This document shows positions 1-9,289 of a stretch of 64,000 nucleotides of DNA, in pieces. The translations under genes were made by a program, and so were the position numbers. This DNA is from a virus: the UHGV virus genome UHGV-1374671. One strand, written 5' to 3'. The number at the start of each line of letters is the position of its first letter. Position 1 is the stretch's first letter. The notes under the pieces are model-generated. The model was given only the letters and a program-made list of their open reading frames with translations. It did not search any database and was not told the DNA's origin.

Positions 1-299
1 AGCAGCACTTCCTCGTATTCCTCTGAGCCGCGCACCGGGCGCTTGACCCGGCACAGATACCGGCCGAAGTGAGGAGTGGTCGAGTCCTTGCCGGGAATGG
101 ACAGCTCGTGCAGCCGACCCAGCTTGAGCTTGTCAGACCAGTTGCCGCCCTTGCGCACCGGAATGCTGTACAGCTCGTGCTCCGTGAACAGCAGCCAGTA
201 TTCCGGGTCTCCGCTTTCGCACTCCACTTTCAACGCGTAGTATTCGGCAGCCGAACCGAACACGGGCTGCTGGTTCTTCACCGGCAGCACTACGCCCAT
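1..299 (-). CDS. hypothetical protein, 5'-partial in window (start codon at 297-299, runs off the left edge)
   Basis: Reverse-complement of 1-299 translates without stops as MGVVLPVKNQQPVFGSAAEYYALKVECESGDPEYWLLFTEHELYSIPVRKGGNWSDKLKLGRLHELSIPGKDST... This looks protein-like. The overlapping plus-strand ORF 69-512 is Arg/Leu-rich and antisense-like. Not in the ORF track because it is incomplete. Confidence 0.45.
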   Translation of the reverse strand, partial: MGVVLPVKNQQPVFGSAAEYYALKVECESGDPEYWLLFTEHELYSIPVRKGGNWSDKLKLGRLHELSIPGKDSTTPHFGRYLCRVKRPVRGSEEYEEVL

Positions 300-300
300 C

Positions 301-906
301 TCAATCTTCCGGTTGTTCAGGTGTTCCGCCATCGGCTTCGACTCCTTTCTTCTTGTCGTCCACAATCAGCCCAAGAATTGGAACCACAGTATTCTGATCC
401 ACAGCTTCAGTGCTTCCCACCTTTGCTTCAGTCCTCGTGGCTTCTTCATTGGTCGTCTCCTTGTCAGCCCCGCCTTTGTTGCCGGACGAGGTCTCCATGC
501 CGGTGGCCTTGATCGAGATCTCCTGGGCTCTTGCAGCCTGGATCATCCGTTCTCCGTCACTGGAGTCATGGTTCTTGTGCAGAGAGAAGTACCCGCGATC
601 GTTCTTGCCGATGCCGGCGTCAACGTGCGGGGTCGGGTTGTCAACGTTGCCCCAGGACACGGACAGGTACGCCTTGAACGAGTTGTCCCAGACGACCACC
701 GACTTGTCCTTGGTGGCGTTCATCACGGAAGCGACGATGCTCTCGGTGCTGGCGTCGGTGACCGTGGTCTTGACGACCTTGCCTTCGCTGTCGAATTCCG
801 TGATGGTGGTCTTGGTCTCAGTCGTGCCGGTAAGGCAGCCGGTCACCAGGAAGCAGATCCCGATGGCGGCCGCCGCGATAAGACACAGCCGAATCGATTT
901 CTCCAT
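301..906 (-). CDS. putative lipoprotein (signal peptide + lipobox LVTGC), Thr/Lys-rich
   Basis: ORF 301-942 on the minus strand. The internal Met MEKSIRLCLIAAAAIGICFLVTGC is preceded by AAGGAGGA, so start is set at 906. Signal peptide with lipobox. Confidence 0.6.
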   Translation of the reverse strand: MEKSIRLCLIAAAAIGICFLVTGCLTGTTETKTTITEFDSEGKVVKTTVTDASTESIVASVMNATKDKSVVVWDNSFKAYLSVSWGNVDNPTPHVDAGIGKNDRGYFSLHKNHDSSDGERMIQAARAQEISIKATGMETSSGNKGGADKETTNEEATRTEAKVGSTEAVDQNTVVPILGLIVDDKKKGVEADGGTPEQPED

Positions 907-916
907 GAGGTCCTCC

Positions 917-1858
917 TTATTCAACGCCTTCCCCCAGTCCAACCGTGGTGCCGGGTTTCAGCTTGTTGATGTCCATGCCGGGATTGGCAGCCTGGAACGC
1001 CTGCAGCCATTTGTTGTAGGGCATGTGCTGGTTGCCGCCAAGCTCTTTCCAGTATTTCCAGCCGGTGTCGCCGGGCTGTACGACACGGGTGCCGCCGAGA
1101 TCCGGTTCCTGCTGCAGCGCGGGAGCAGCCGGTTTGGGTGCCGGAGATGCACTCGCTGCAGTCTGCTGCGGGGTGGCAGTCAGCCCGGTTCCGCCAGTGG
1201 GCTGAATGGCTTTGGGAAGCTGGACGCCTGCAGCGGCGTTCTTAGTCTGTGCGGTCTTGAGAATCATCGCCAGCTGACGCGCCGCACCCTTTCTCAGGGA
1301 GGCGGTCTTCACAACGTCTTCCTGCCTGCGGGCGTCCTCCATTTCTTCCTGGCGCTTTTTCGCAGCACTGGACAGAATGTAACCGAGCGAACCACCTCCG
1401 ATCGCACCGGCCAGCGCACCGGCAGCACTTCCCCAGGTGCCTGCGTCGTTCGGATTCCCGGGAAGCGCACGACCGGCTGCGAGCGCCTGTGAGGTTCCGC
1501 CCACCAGCCCGGCTCCGATTCCGGATCCCAGCATGGCGCCTCCAATCGCGCCAGTAGCCCGGTTTTTCGTGGTGACTCCGTGCAGCAATGCAGCCAGCGC
1601 CAGGGCTCTGCCTGCCGCACCTGTAGCGGCAATGGCACCGATACTGGGGTTAGATGCGTTCTTGGTCCATTCTTCGTAGTTCATTCCATTTTCTCCCATG
1701 TATGTTGCTTTCTTATCCTGATCCCCTTCTCTCCAGCCTGACGCGTAGATGGCGCGTTCCTGCCTGCGGGCGTCCTCCAGGTTTTTGTACTTCTTTCCTG
1801 TGCGGCCCCACTGGTATCCAACGCTGCCGTCCGGCATTCTGACTTTGTGAATAGGCAT
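917..1858 (-). CDS. membrane protein with glycine-zipper TM segments and a C-terminal LysM-like domain
   Basis: ORF 917-1891 on the minus strand. Start moved to the ATG of MPIHKV, which is preceded by AAAGGAGAG. Gly-zipper run IGAIAATGAAG...GSGIGAGLVGGTS. C-terminal VVQPGDTGWKYWKELGG...INKLKPGTTV resembles the LysM consensus. Internal duplicate DARRQE motif. Confidence 0.6.
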   Translation of the reverse strand: MPIHKVRMPDGSVGYQWGRTGKKYKNLEDARRQERAIYASGWREGDQDKKATYMGENGMNYEEWTKNASNPSIGAIAATGAAGRALALAALLHGVTTKNRATGAIGGAMLGSGIGAGLVGGTSQALAAGRALPGNPNDAGTWGSAAGALAGAIGGGSLGYILSSAAKKRQEEMEDARRQEDVVKTASLRKGAARQLAMILKTAQTKNAAAGVQLPKAIQPTGGTGLTATPQQTAASASPAPKPAAPALQQEPDLGGTRVVQPGDTGWKYWKELGGNQHMPYNKWLQAFQAANPGMDINKLKPGTTVGLGEGVE

Positions 1859-1968
1859 CTCGAACTCTCCTTTGAATCTATACTTGCTCAATGGTCAGAC
1901 TATGTGATGTAACGCCGACGATCTATTGAATAGCTGAATGATACGTCCTACCGCCAGAGAGGATCTCT

Positions 1969-3093
1969 ATGAAAGTATTTTTTGATGACGCAACTACGCT
2001 GACCGGGGCGAGAACCATTCCCAGGGCAATGGTGCTTGTGTACGGGACGCGATCCAACGTGGAGCTGGAGGCTGTTACCGCGCAGGACAATCTGCCCATC
2101 GACCTGGAAGCCCTGGGATGCAAGGAATGGAAGCTGGAAATCAAGCCTGCTTTCAGCAACGACAGCAAAGTGCTGCTGTCCTCTTCACTGGATTCCTCCG
2201 TCCTGCAGGGAAACAAGTTCTCGTTTTCTCTAGGTCTGTTTTCCATGTCGCTTTACAGGTACACGGAAGGGCGCTCGAAGTCTCCTGCGCTTTTATCGAT
2301 GAGCGGCTACGCGAAGACCAACGACCCGGAGTCCAAGCTGGTCGCATTCGAGTTCCTCATCAACGTACAGGGTAGAACCAACATCAATGTCGATACCTGC
2401 AGCACCAGTTCTCTGGAAGCGCTCGGAGAAGCGCTCTCCGAGGAGATCGAAGCGCGCAAGGCCGGTGACAACGACCTGCAGGATCAGATCGATCGACTGG
2501 TCATCACCGGAGGACAGGTTACGGTCAACGGCATTATGGCCGTCGACGGGGACATTACGTTGAACCTCGGTGACCTGAAGGATGTGAGTCAGGAGACTGC
2601 CAACCTGCTGAAAAGCATCAAGGAAGTGCAGTCCGGGTACAACGATTTGATCACTGTTCAGATTAACAACCTGCAGATGGTTACCAAGGAGATCCTGGAG
2701 CTGTCGCTGGCCAAGCTGGAAGAGGAGCTGGAGTTCCGCAACCAGCAGTTCGAGGTGAATGTACCGCTGACCGGATCGTTCCCGATGTCGCTGGAGGAGG
2801 CGATTGCAGCATCCACCAACGGGGAACTGGTGTACCGCACTGTCGTAAACGGGGTGGTTACGGTCTGGATAGGCACCATGTATCAGGACGCGGTCACCAA
2901 CCTTACCAGAATGAACATGGTCAAGAACCAGGTCAGCGAGGAAGTGGCACCCGATACCGAGACCCTGGTCGAAATCGCCAGTTCCGCTGGAACGGTTCAG
3001 ATACAGAAACTGACATTGGATTTCGGTCCCGGGTACAATTTCACGGGACGCACGTTGAACATTTTATTCACCAGTGCAAAAGCACGAGCATAA
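1969..3093 (+). CDS. fibre/structural protein; N-terminal ~180 aa domain paralogous to the 9290 protein, then coiled-coil
   Basis: SD GAGAGG. N-terminus MKVFFDDATTLTGARTIP...FEFLINVQGR aligns with MLLYFDDPVSLTGCTIVP...FQFWIQVQGR of ORF 9290. Shares the motif VNGIMAVDGDITLNLGDLKDVSQETANLLKSIK with ORF 3107. Confidence 0.7.
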   Translation: MKVFFDDATTLTGARTIPRAMVLVYGTRSNVELEAVTAQDNLPIDLEALGCKEWKLEIKPAFSNDSKVLLSSSLDSSVLQGNKFSFSLGLFSMSLYRYTEGRSKSPALLSMSGYAKTNDPESKLVAFEFLINVQGRTNINVDTCSTSSLEALGEALSEEIEARKAGDNDLQDQIDRLVITGGQVTVNGIMAVDGDITLNLGDLKDVSQETANLLKSIKEVQSGYNDLITVQINNLQMVTKEILELSLAKLEEELEFRNQQFEVNVPLTGSFPMSLEEAIAASTNGELVYRTVVNGVVTVWIGTMYQDAVTNLTRMNMVKNQVSEEVAPDTETLVEIASSAGTVQIQKLTLDFGPGYNFTGRTLNILFTSAKARA

Positions 3094-3106
3094 AGGAGAT
3101 ACCAAC

Positions 3107-5200
3107 ATGAAACACAATTCCTATGAGCTTCTCAATCCCAGACTGAAGGTCGTCGTTGCGGAAGACGGTGTGCTTCCGGCGCTGGATGGCAGTCGTCTTA
3201 CCAATCTTCCCGGCGGAGAACTCACCGCCGGCGTCAGCTCCATCGGGGGCAAGGCCGGGGACATTACGCTTTCCGCCGACCTTTCCATGTCGGCCTCCAG
3301 CCAGCTGCAGATCGCCAACACCATTACCCGCAACACTGCTGCGACCCAGAGCATCACCGCCTCCACCGGCGAGTTCGTATTGACCGCAGCGCAGGGCGAC
3401 ATGAAGCTCGACGTCATGGCCGGTGACCTGCTTATCAGCGTCTACGGCGAGGACAAGCAGATCAACATTGCGGGCAAGACCGTGTTCAACGCCCCGGTGT
3501 CGCTGACTGCCGGCATTTCCGGGTACAACGGAAACGCACCCAATACCGCGAACTCCATCCTGATCCTCAACGCTCAGGGCAAGGTCGATTCCAAGTTCCT
3601 GCCTGAGATTCCGGAAGAAGGCGTAGCTTCCATCGGTGGCCAGAAGGGCGCCATCACGGTTGACTCGACGCTGACCATCGGTGCCGACAAGGTGCTGAAG
3701 GTCACGGACGGCGTGTTCCTGAAGCCGGTCATGGCTTCCGCACCCACTGTGAACTGGACCAATGGAACATCCGGGTTCAAGGTCACCAATGCCGAGTTCG
3801 AGCTGAAGAACAGCAAGGGAGGCGTCCGTGCCGGTGCTGAGTCCCTGGATCTCTTTGCGGATTCGATCAAGGTGACTTCTCTGGATGGAGACACCACGTA
3901 TCTCACAATTGGCACTGAAGCCGAGTTCTCGGTGGCCGTGAATGCCACCGACTACAAACTCAACGGCGCTTCCGTGGACGCCGCCAACGGACTCCTGAAG
4001 CTCGACGCCAGCGGCAAGGTTCCGCTTGCCAAGCTGCCGGATTTGCCGGCGACTGGCGTGACCTCCATCGACAGCAAGACCGGGGCCTTTACCACGGACT
4101 CCACGCTGACCGTCAGTGAGTCCAATGCGATCGGTGTTACTGCCGGCACGTTCATGATGCTGACCAACTCTTCGGACGTGGTTGCAACCACCACCGGATC
4201 GTTCAGCTTCCAGGCCACCAGCGGGGCCATCCGGTTCTCGTCCACCGAGAACTCGTTTACCGGCGCCGTGACGATGTCCGACACGGTCACCATGAGCGGT
4301 GCTGTTTCGATTACCGGGCCGATGACCTATGCCGGCGCTGCAATGAACGCCGCCAACGGTATCCCGACCCTCGACGCCCAGGGCAAGATCAAGGTCGCGC
4401 AGCTGCCCCCGATTGCGATTACTGAAGTGCTGCCCGTGGAAGCGGACGGTACCAGTGATCTCACCACGCTGCTCCGCAAGGCGGCCACTGACAAGAGTCT
4501 GACCGAGGTACAGCCCGGAGAGATCATTGTGATCTCCCGTCCGGCGGAAGACCCGGATCCGGCTCCGGAAGAGAGCTACTGGAAGAGCGTCTGCGGCAAC
4601 TACCTGGTCAACACCACTACGGCTGCTTCCGAGTTGGAGCCGGCGGACTGCATCAAGACCTACATGCCGGATACGTCGATTACTGTCAACGGTGTTGCGG
4701 CCGTGGACGGCAACATCACGCTCAATCTTGCTGACATTGCCGACGTCACCGACGACCAGGCCACGCTGCTGAAATCGATCAAAGTCGAGAGCGGAGTCCC
4801 GTCCATCCAGAACGTCAAGCTGGCCACCGCAGATCAGGTCAAGCAGACCTATACCATCGACCGGGAAACCATCGCGCTCTCCAGCCTTACCACAACGGAC
4901 ACGACATGGCCGACCGCAGGAGAGTTCTATGCGTACCGTAATGATGGAACCGTGGTCGTCCGCATCAATCGCGCCAGCGCTGACGCCGCCACCGTGGCCC
5001 GTACCTTCCTGGAAGCCTGGCTCATCACCAGCAGCGGCAAGGAGTACATCATGCCCGACATCACTCAGGCGACTCAGGGCGAGGGCAATGCGGTCGACAC
5101 CACGTTCCTCGTACTCACACTGGAATTCGGAAGCGGATTCGGCTTCACCGGCGTCTCTCTGGAAATCGGGATGCTGAGCCCGGTGGTCGCTACCGCGTAA
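3107..5200 (+). CDS. tail fibre protein with classical phage tail-fibre repeats
   Basis: ATG at 3107 preceded by AAGGAG; the track start at 3074 lacks an RBS. Internal repeats VASIGGQKGAITVDSTLTIG / VTSIDSKTGAFTTDSTLTVS and AANGIPTLDAQGKIKVAQLP / AANGLLKLDASGKVPLAKLP, the LDxxGKxPxxxLP type of repeat I associate with phage side-tail-fibre proteins (recalled, not checked). Confidence 0.75.
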   Translation: MKHNSYELLNPRLKVVVAEDGVLPALDGSRLTNLPGGELTAGVSSIGGKAGDITLSADLSMSASSQLQIANTITRNTAATQSITASTGEFVLTAAQGDMKLDVMAGDLLISVYGEDKQINIAGKTVFNAPVSLTAGISGYNGNAPNTANSILILNAQGKVDSKFLPEIPEEGVASIGGQKGAITVDSTLTIGADKVLKVTDGVFLKPVMASAPTVNWTNGTSGFKVTNAEFELKNSKGGVRAGAESLDLFADSIKVTSLDGDTTYLTIGTEAEFSVAVNATDYKLNGASVDAANGLLKLDASGKVPLAKLPDLPATGVTSIDSKTGAFTTDSTLTVSESNAIGVTAGTFMMLTNSSDVVATTTGSFSFQATSGAIRFSSTENSFTGAVTMSDTVTMSGAVSITGPMTYAGAAMNAANGIPTLDAQGKIKVAQLPPIAITEVLPVEADGTSDLTTLLRKAATDKSLTEVQPGEIIVISRPAEDPDPAPEESYWKSVCGNYLVNTTTAASELEPADCIKTYMPDTSITVNGVAAVDGNITLNLADIADVTDDQATLLKSIKVESGVPSIQNVKLATADQVKQTYTIDRETIALSSLTTTDTTWPTAGEFYAYRNDGTVVVRINRASADAATVARTFLEAWLITSSGKEYIMPDITQATQGEGNAVDTTFLVLTLEFGSGFGFTGVSLEIGMLSPVVATA

Positions 5201-5212
5201 GGAGCGCAACGC

Positions 5213-8200
5213 ATGAAAGCAAGTAGTCTTAAACTCCTGGACAGCACCAGGGAAGTTGTGACAGCGAAGAACGGCGTGATTGACCCGGAGCTGGTCAAGC
5301 CCGCTGTTCTGGGAATGCTGTCTCACGATATTGAAACGGACGCCGCAGCAGAGGACAAGGCCACGACCCCCAAGGCAGTGAACGACTTCATGTCGGACAA
5401 GTTGCTGGGTCTCGCGGCACAGTACCTGACCAAGCAGGAAGTGGCTGACGTCGGCATCTATCCCGAATCTGCGTACGAAGCTACGCAGGCCAAGGATCTG
5501 AATACCGTTACGGATCAGTGCAGCGTGGTGTTTCAGGGAGGAACTGGCTACACGAACGCACCTTTCCCGGAAGGGGAGGAGGCTCCTGCGTTCCTGCTTC
5601 GTGTGTATGCTGCCACCGTGGACGGAACTTCGTACCGGACACAGTATCTTACCGAACTCACTACCGGCAAGACCTGGGTGCGCGGCTACGTCAACCAGGG
5701 CTGGGGAGTGTGGGTTGCCGGAGACGCCTCCGCCGGGGCTCCCCGCATGTCGTTCGACAAGGATGACGTGCAGGTGGAATCCACTGGTAACGACCAGAAC
5801 GCGGCCTTTGTCACAGTGACCTCCGCGTACACTGTGATTGGCGTCCTGGACAACGAAGGCAACCAGTGGTCCTTGCCTAACGGGGCCATTACGACCAACG
5901 GCGCCTACACCAGGATCGACGTGTCCAGCATTCTGGCCAGCAAGAACATCACTCAGGCCGATATGACCGGTATCTGGTATGTGTTGTTTGCAGCCGGCGG
6001 AGAGGGCGAGGTTACACCTCCGGTGGACGAGTCCAGGCTGCTTCCCACCGGTGGCAAGGATGGAGACGTGCTGAGCTACCAGGAAGGCGTTGACCAGGGC
6101 AACGGCGAGGATGTGTTCCTGCTGCTGCAGAACGAGCTCACCGATTCCGCTCATGGTAACGCGTCACCTGTTGCAGTCACGACACAGGGAGTCACATTAA
6201 CTGGTGACAGCAATCTGCAGTTCGACGGCAACGGTTCCTACCTGACTGCAGTTCTCCCAGTGGCCAGCATCTTCGCAGCCGACAAGGAATGGACGATCGA
6301 CGCCTGGATCAAACCTGTGGCCAACTCATCCGGGTGGAACTATATCCTCACCGAGAACAACGGGGACTGGGGCAGTCATAGCATTGGGCTTACCTGGAAC
6401 GCCGACGATCAGACCCTGGAACAGGATACCGGCGGGTATGTGGCTTCTGTGATCAAGGCCTCGAACTGGCCCAACGCTTCAACGCCGTGTGCTGCCAACC
6501 AATGGCACTTCATCGCGGTCGAGAAACAGAAGACGTCCTCGGGGTGGAGCTTGAACTATTACCTGAATGGTTCCCCATGGCTCCAGGTCCCGTTTACGGG
6601 GGACTTTGTGCCGTTCGACTCCAATACACCGTTCTGGTTCGGGGGCAACACCAGCGACGGCGGACGGTACTACAAAGGGGAGGCCAACAAGATCCGTGTT
6701 ACAGCGGGCGCTCGTTATGGTGGCAAAGCATTTGCAGTTCCTGATAGGGAGGCTGCATACGAGCCACCTGCCGGTATGCCTGTATGGACAGCACCGTCCG
6801 GCGGTGACATTGATGAAACCATTGATGCAAAAATTTCCGCACACAATGCAGATTCGTCCGCGCATCCGGGAAAGCTATCTTTAACAGGTGGTCAGATGAC
6901 CGGCGAACTGAAGCTGGGCTCGTCGAATGGTATTCGCTTTAATAATGCAGATGGATATGGTGTCATACTTAGAAAAGATGCAAGTAATTTTTTTATAATG
7001 ATCACCGCCCAAGATGATGAAAACGGTTCTTGGACGGCTTCAAGACCACTTCAGTTAAACTTTGCTACAAGCGAGTGCAATATAAATGGCGGAGCGACTA
7101 AGGATGGTAAGGGTAATGTAATAACAACAACATACGCGCCGCTTTACCATCCGACATTCAGCAGCGGTATCGAAATAACAAGCTCAACTCCGTTCATAGA
7201 CTTTCATTACAACGATTCAGAGTCTGACTACACATTCCGCATTGTGCAGAATACGGCGGATACACTCACGCTTGGTGGAAAGGTTTCGGTGTCCAATACG
7301 TTGTCCGTCACGTCCGGGGGGCTGACAGTAGCTGGTAGTATAACATCGACTGGGGAAATACTGTCCAATACAACCAACTCGTTCCGGCTGATTTACGGCG
7401 ACTATGGTGCATTCTGGAGAAACGACGGTAATGATTTATACTTGATGCTTACGGACGCCGGAAATCAGACCGGTTCATATAATTCTCTCAGGCCGCTCAC
7501 CGTCGACTTTGCCACCGGTGTTTGCGACATATCAGGGTCCGCACTGGAAACAGAAACGAACCTTGCGAACACCGGTATTTATCCCAACGTATCCATGTAT
7601 ACAACGCAAACCAGCGACTTTAATACGTTTCTTACACAGGGCGTGTACTGGTTTCCTAACGGTGCGCATCCGAATGGCCCGTTGGGCGATGACGCCAACT
7701 GTACAGGTGTACTTTGCGTGTACAATGTGCGAAACACGCACTATGTGCAGATATTTTACATGCGCAGCGGAACTAGCGAAGGTAATCACATTATGTACTA
7801 TCGCTGGCGGTATTCCGAAACCTGGACGAATTGGATGACGATATCCGGCAACAACGAGCTTGCAACCGGTACATCCGACTATAATAATGTAACCAGCCCG
7901 GGTTCATATTATTTTTCCTACGGCGACAACACGTCAAACGTGAACGCGCCGGCCAACGGTCCGTTCCATCTTATCGTGCACCGTTACTACAACGCGGCCG
8001 GTACCGTGAACCGTGTTCTTCAAATGGCGATACCGCAAATCGTCAGTACAGGACAGACCGCGACTGTTTACATACGCACCGCATCCTGGGACAATGGCGC
8101 GTATACGTGGCAGCCGTGGACAAAACTTATTACAGAAGACATATTGGAAGCTGTCGGCGTCTATCCGACAAGCAGCGTGGAGCCAAATCTCAATTTCAAT

Positions 8201-8644
8201 ACAGCTTTAACACAGGGTTTCTATTTTGCGAACGGTGCAAATTGCACAAACGGACCGTTTACAGGAGCAAGCAATAATCAAGGCTGGGTTACGGTAAGAG
8301 CAATCCCGGCCGGAAATCATGCCCTGCAATTTTTTTACGGATTTAACACCGATGATTTCTTTGTCCGACGCTACACCAACAACGCGTGGGCATCCTGGAA
8401 ACGGATTACGACGAACGCGGCGTGCACGCCGAAAGTCGGAAGCGCCGTAGACTGCACAAGCGCACTGAAATCATCGGCCGGATACACGTGTCCGTCGAAC
8501 GGGTGGATATATGCGGATGGTATACAGCTCAATATCAACGGCGGCAATTTCTACACCAGCAGACTGTCGATGGTTCCGGTAATGTCCGGTGACGTTGTAA
8601 AATGTTCCGACGCTACGATCGGCGAGTTTTACGTGGCGCGATAA
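5213..8644 (+). CDS. large tail fibre / receptor-binding protein: N-terminal domain shared with ORF 32325, one LamG-like domain, C-terminal lower-GC module with three tandem knob-like domains
   Basis: SD AAGGAG. AFVTVTSAYTVIGVLDNEGNQWSLPNG...IWYVLFAAGGEG is paralogous to a segment of ORF 32325. DESRLLP linker, then LamG signature (EWTIDAWIKP...WHFIAVEK...YYLNGSPW). LSLTGGQMTGEL tail-fibre motif. Three ~110-aa aromatic-rich repeats (e.g. TQGVYWFPNG...WRYSETWTNWMT) resemble pyocin/tail-fibre knob domains. Confidence 0.8.
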   Translation: MKASSLKLLDSTREVVTAKNGVIDPELVKPAVLGMLSHDIETDAAAEDKATTPKAVNDFMSDKLLGLAAQYLTKQEVADVGIYPESAYEATQAKDLNTVTDQCSVVFQGGTGYTNAPFPEGEEAPAFLLRVYAATVDGTSYRTQYLTELTTGKTWVRGYVNQGWGVWVAGDASAGAPRMSFDKDDVQVESTGNDQNAAFVTVTSAYTVIGVLDNEGNQWSLPNGAITTNGAYTRIDVSSILASKNITQADMTGIWYVLFAAGGEGEVTPPVDESRLLPTGGKDGDVLSYQEGVDQGNGEDVFLLLQNELTDSAHGNASPVAVTTQGVTLTGDSNLQFDGNGSYLTAVLPVASIFAADKEWTIDAWIKPVANSSGWNYILTENNGDWGSHSIGLTWNADDQTLEQDTGGYVASVIKASNWPNASTPCAANQWHFIAVEKQKTSSGWSLNYYLNGSPWLQVPFTGDFVPFDSNTPFWFGGNTSDGGRYYKGEANKIRVTAGARYGGKAFAVPDREAAYEPPAGMPVWTAPSGGDIDETIDAKISAHNADSSAHPGKLSLTGGQMTGELKLGSSNGIRFNNADGYGVILRKDASNFFIMITAQDDENGSWTASRPLQLNFATSECNINGGATKDGKGNVITTTYAPLYHPTFSSGIEITSSTPFIDFHYNDSESDYTFRIVQNTADTLTLGGKVSVSNTLSVTSGGLTVAGSITSTGEILSNTTNSFRLIYGDYGAFWRNDGNDLYLMLTDAGNQTGSYNSLRPLTVDFATGVCDISGSALETETNLANTGIYPNVSMYTTQTSDFNTFLTQGVYWFPNGAHPNGPLGDDANCTGVLCVYNVRNTHYVQIFYMRSGTSEGNHIMYYRWRYSETWTNWMTISGNNELATGTSDYNNVTSPGSYYFSYGDNTSNVNAPANGPFHLIVHRYYNAAGTVNRVLQMAIPQIVSTGQTATVYIRTASWDNGAYTWQPWTKLITEDILEAVGVYPTSSVEPNLNFNTALTQGFYFANGANCTNGPFTGASNNQGWVTVRAIPAGNHALQFFYGFNTDDFFVRRYTNNAWASWKRITTNAACTPKVGSAVDCTSALKSSAGYTCPSNGWIYADGIQLNINGGNFYTSRLSMVPVMSGDVVKCSDATIGEFYVAR

Positions 8645-8666
8645 ACACTTTAACGGGGATTTACAT

Positions 8667-9272
8667 ATGCTTAAATATGCACAGATAGTCGATGAAACCA
8701 CAGGTGCTGTGAATGTCGGGCTCGGAGATGATGTGGAGTTCTATGAATCCATCGGCATGTCGCTGATGGACGTGGAACAGGCAGCGGATGGCGGATGGTA
8801 TCTTGCCGGGAAAGTGCCAGCACCCAGCGCCGAGTATCAGGCACGTCAGCTCTATGCCGCCTTGAAACAGGAACAGGAGATGCGTGCCGTTTCCACGTCC
8901 ATCCCGCTGGAAGACGAGGCCACGGCGTTCACCCTGTCCCCGGTGTGTCCGGCCTGGAAAGCGAATCATCACTATCAGCAGGGTGAAATCGTGAATCACG
9001 AGGGACTCCCTTATCGTGTCGTTCAGGACGTGGACTCGTTGGAGCACCAGGCCCCGGGCACGGAAGGCATGCTGGCAATTTACCGGCCCATCGACCCGGC
9101 TCCTGGAACGCTTGAAGAACCTAAAAGGTTCTATTTCGGAATGGATGTGACCAAGGACCTGTACTACACCCACAACGGGAAGGTGTATCTGGCGAAGTCC
9201 GATATGCCGGCCTGCGTTTATGAACCTGGTTCTGAAGGGCTCTGGCAGTGGGAAGAAGTTGAAACGCTGTAA
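8667..9272 (+). CDS. hypothetical protein; by position a candidate tail-fibre assembly or chaperone protein
   Basis: Complete ORF immediately 3' of the receptor-binding module. No recognisable motif. The functional guess is positional only. Confidence 0.45.
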   Translation: MLKYAQIVDETTGAVNVGLGDDVEFYESIGMSLMDVEQAADGGWYLAGKVPAPSAEYQARQLYAALKQEQEMRAVSTSIPLEDEATAFTLSPVCPAWKANHHYQQGEIVNHEGLPYRVVQDVDSLEHQAPGTEGMLAIYRPIDPAPGTLEEPKRFYFGMDVTKDLYYTHNGKVYLAKSDMPACVYEPGSEGLWQWEEVETL

Positions 9273-9289
9273 CGGATTGGAGGCTTCCA

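Noticed and set aside
69-512. Plus-strand ORFs 69-512, 313-969 and 410-1492 in the six-frame track
   Set aside because: Arg/Leu/Pro-rich antisense-type translations. They overlap better minus-strand genes that have SDs and domain content.
3068-6154. 1028-aa minus-strand ORF
   Set aside because: Antisense to the fibre genes 3107-5200 and 5213-8644. His/Gly/Arg/Val-rich with no domain features. A typical long antisense ORF of GC-rich coding DNA.
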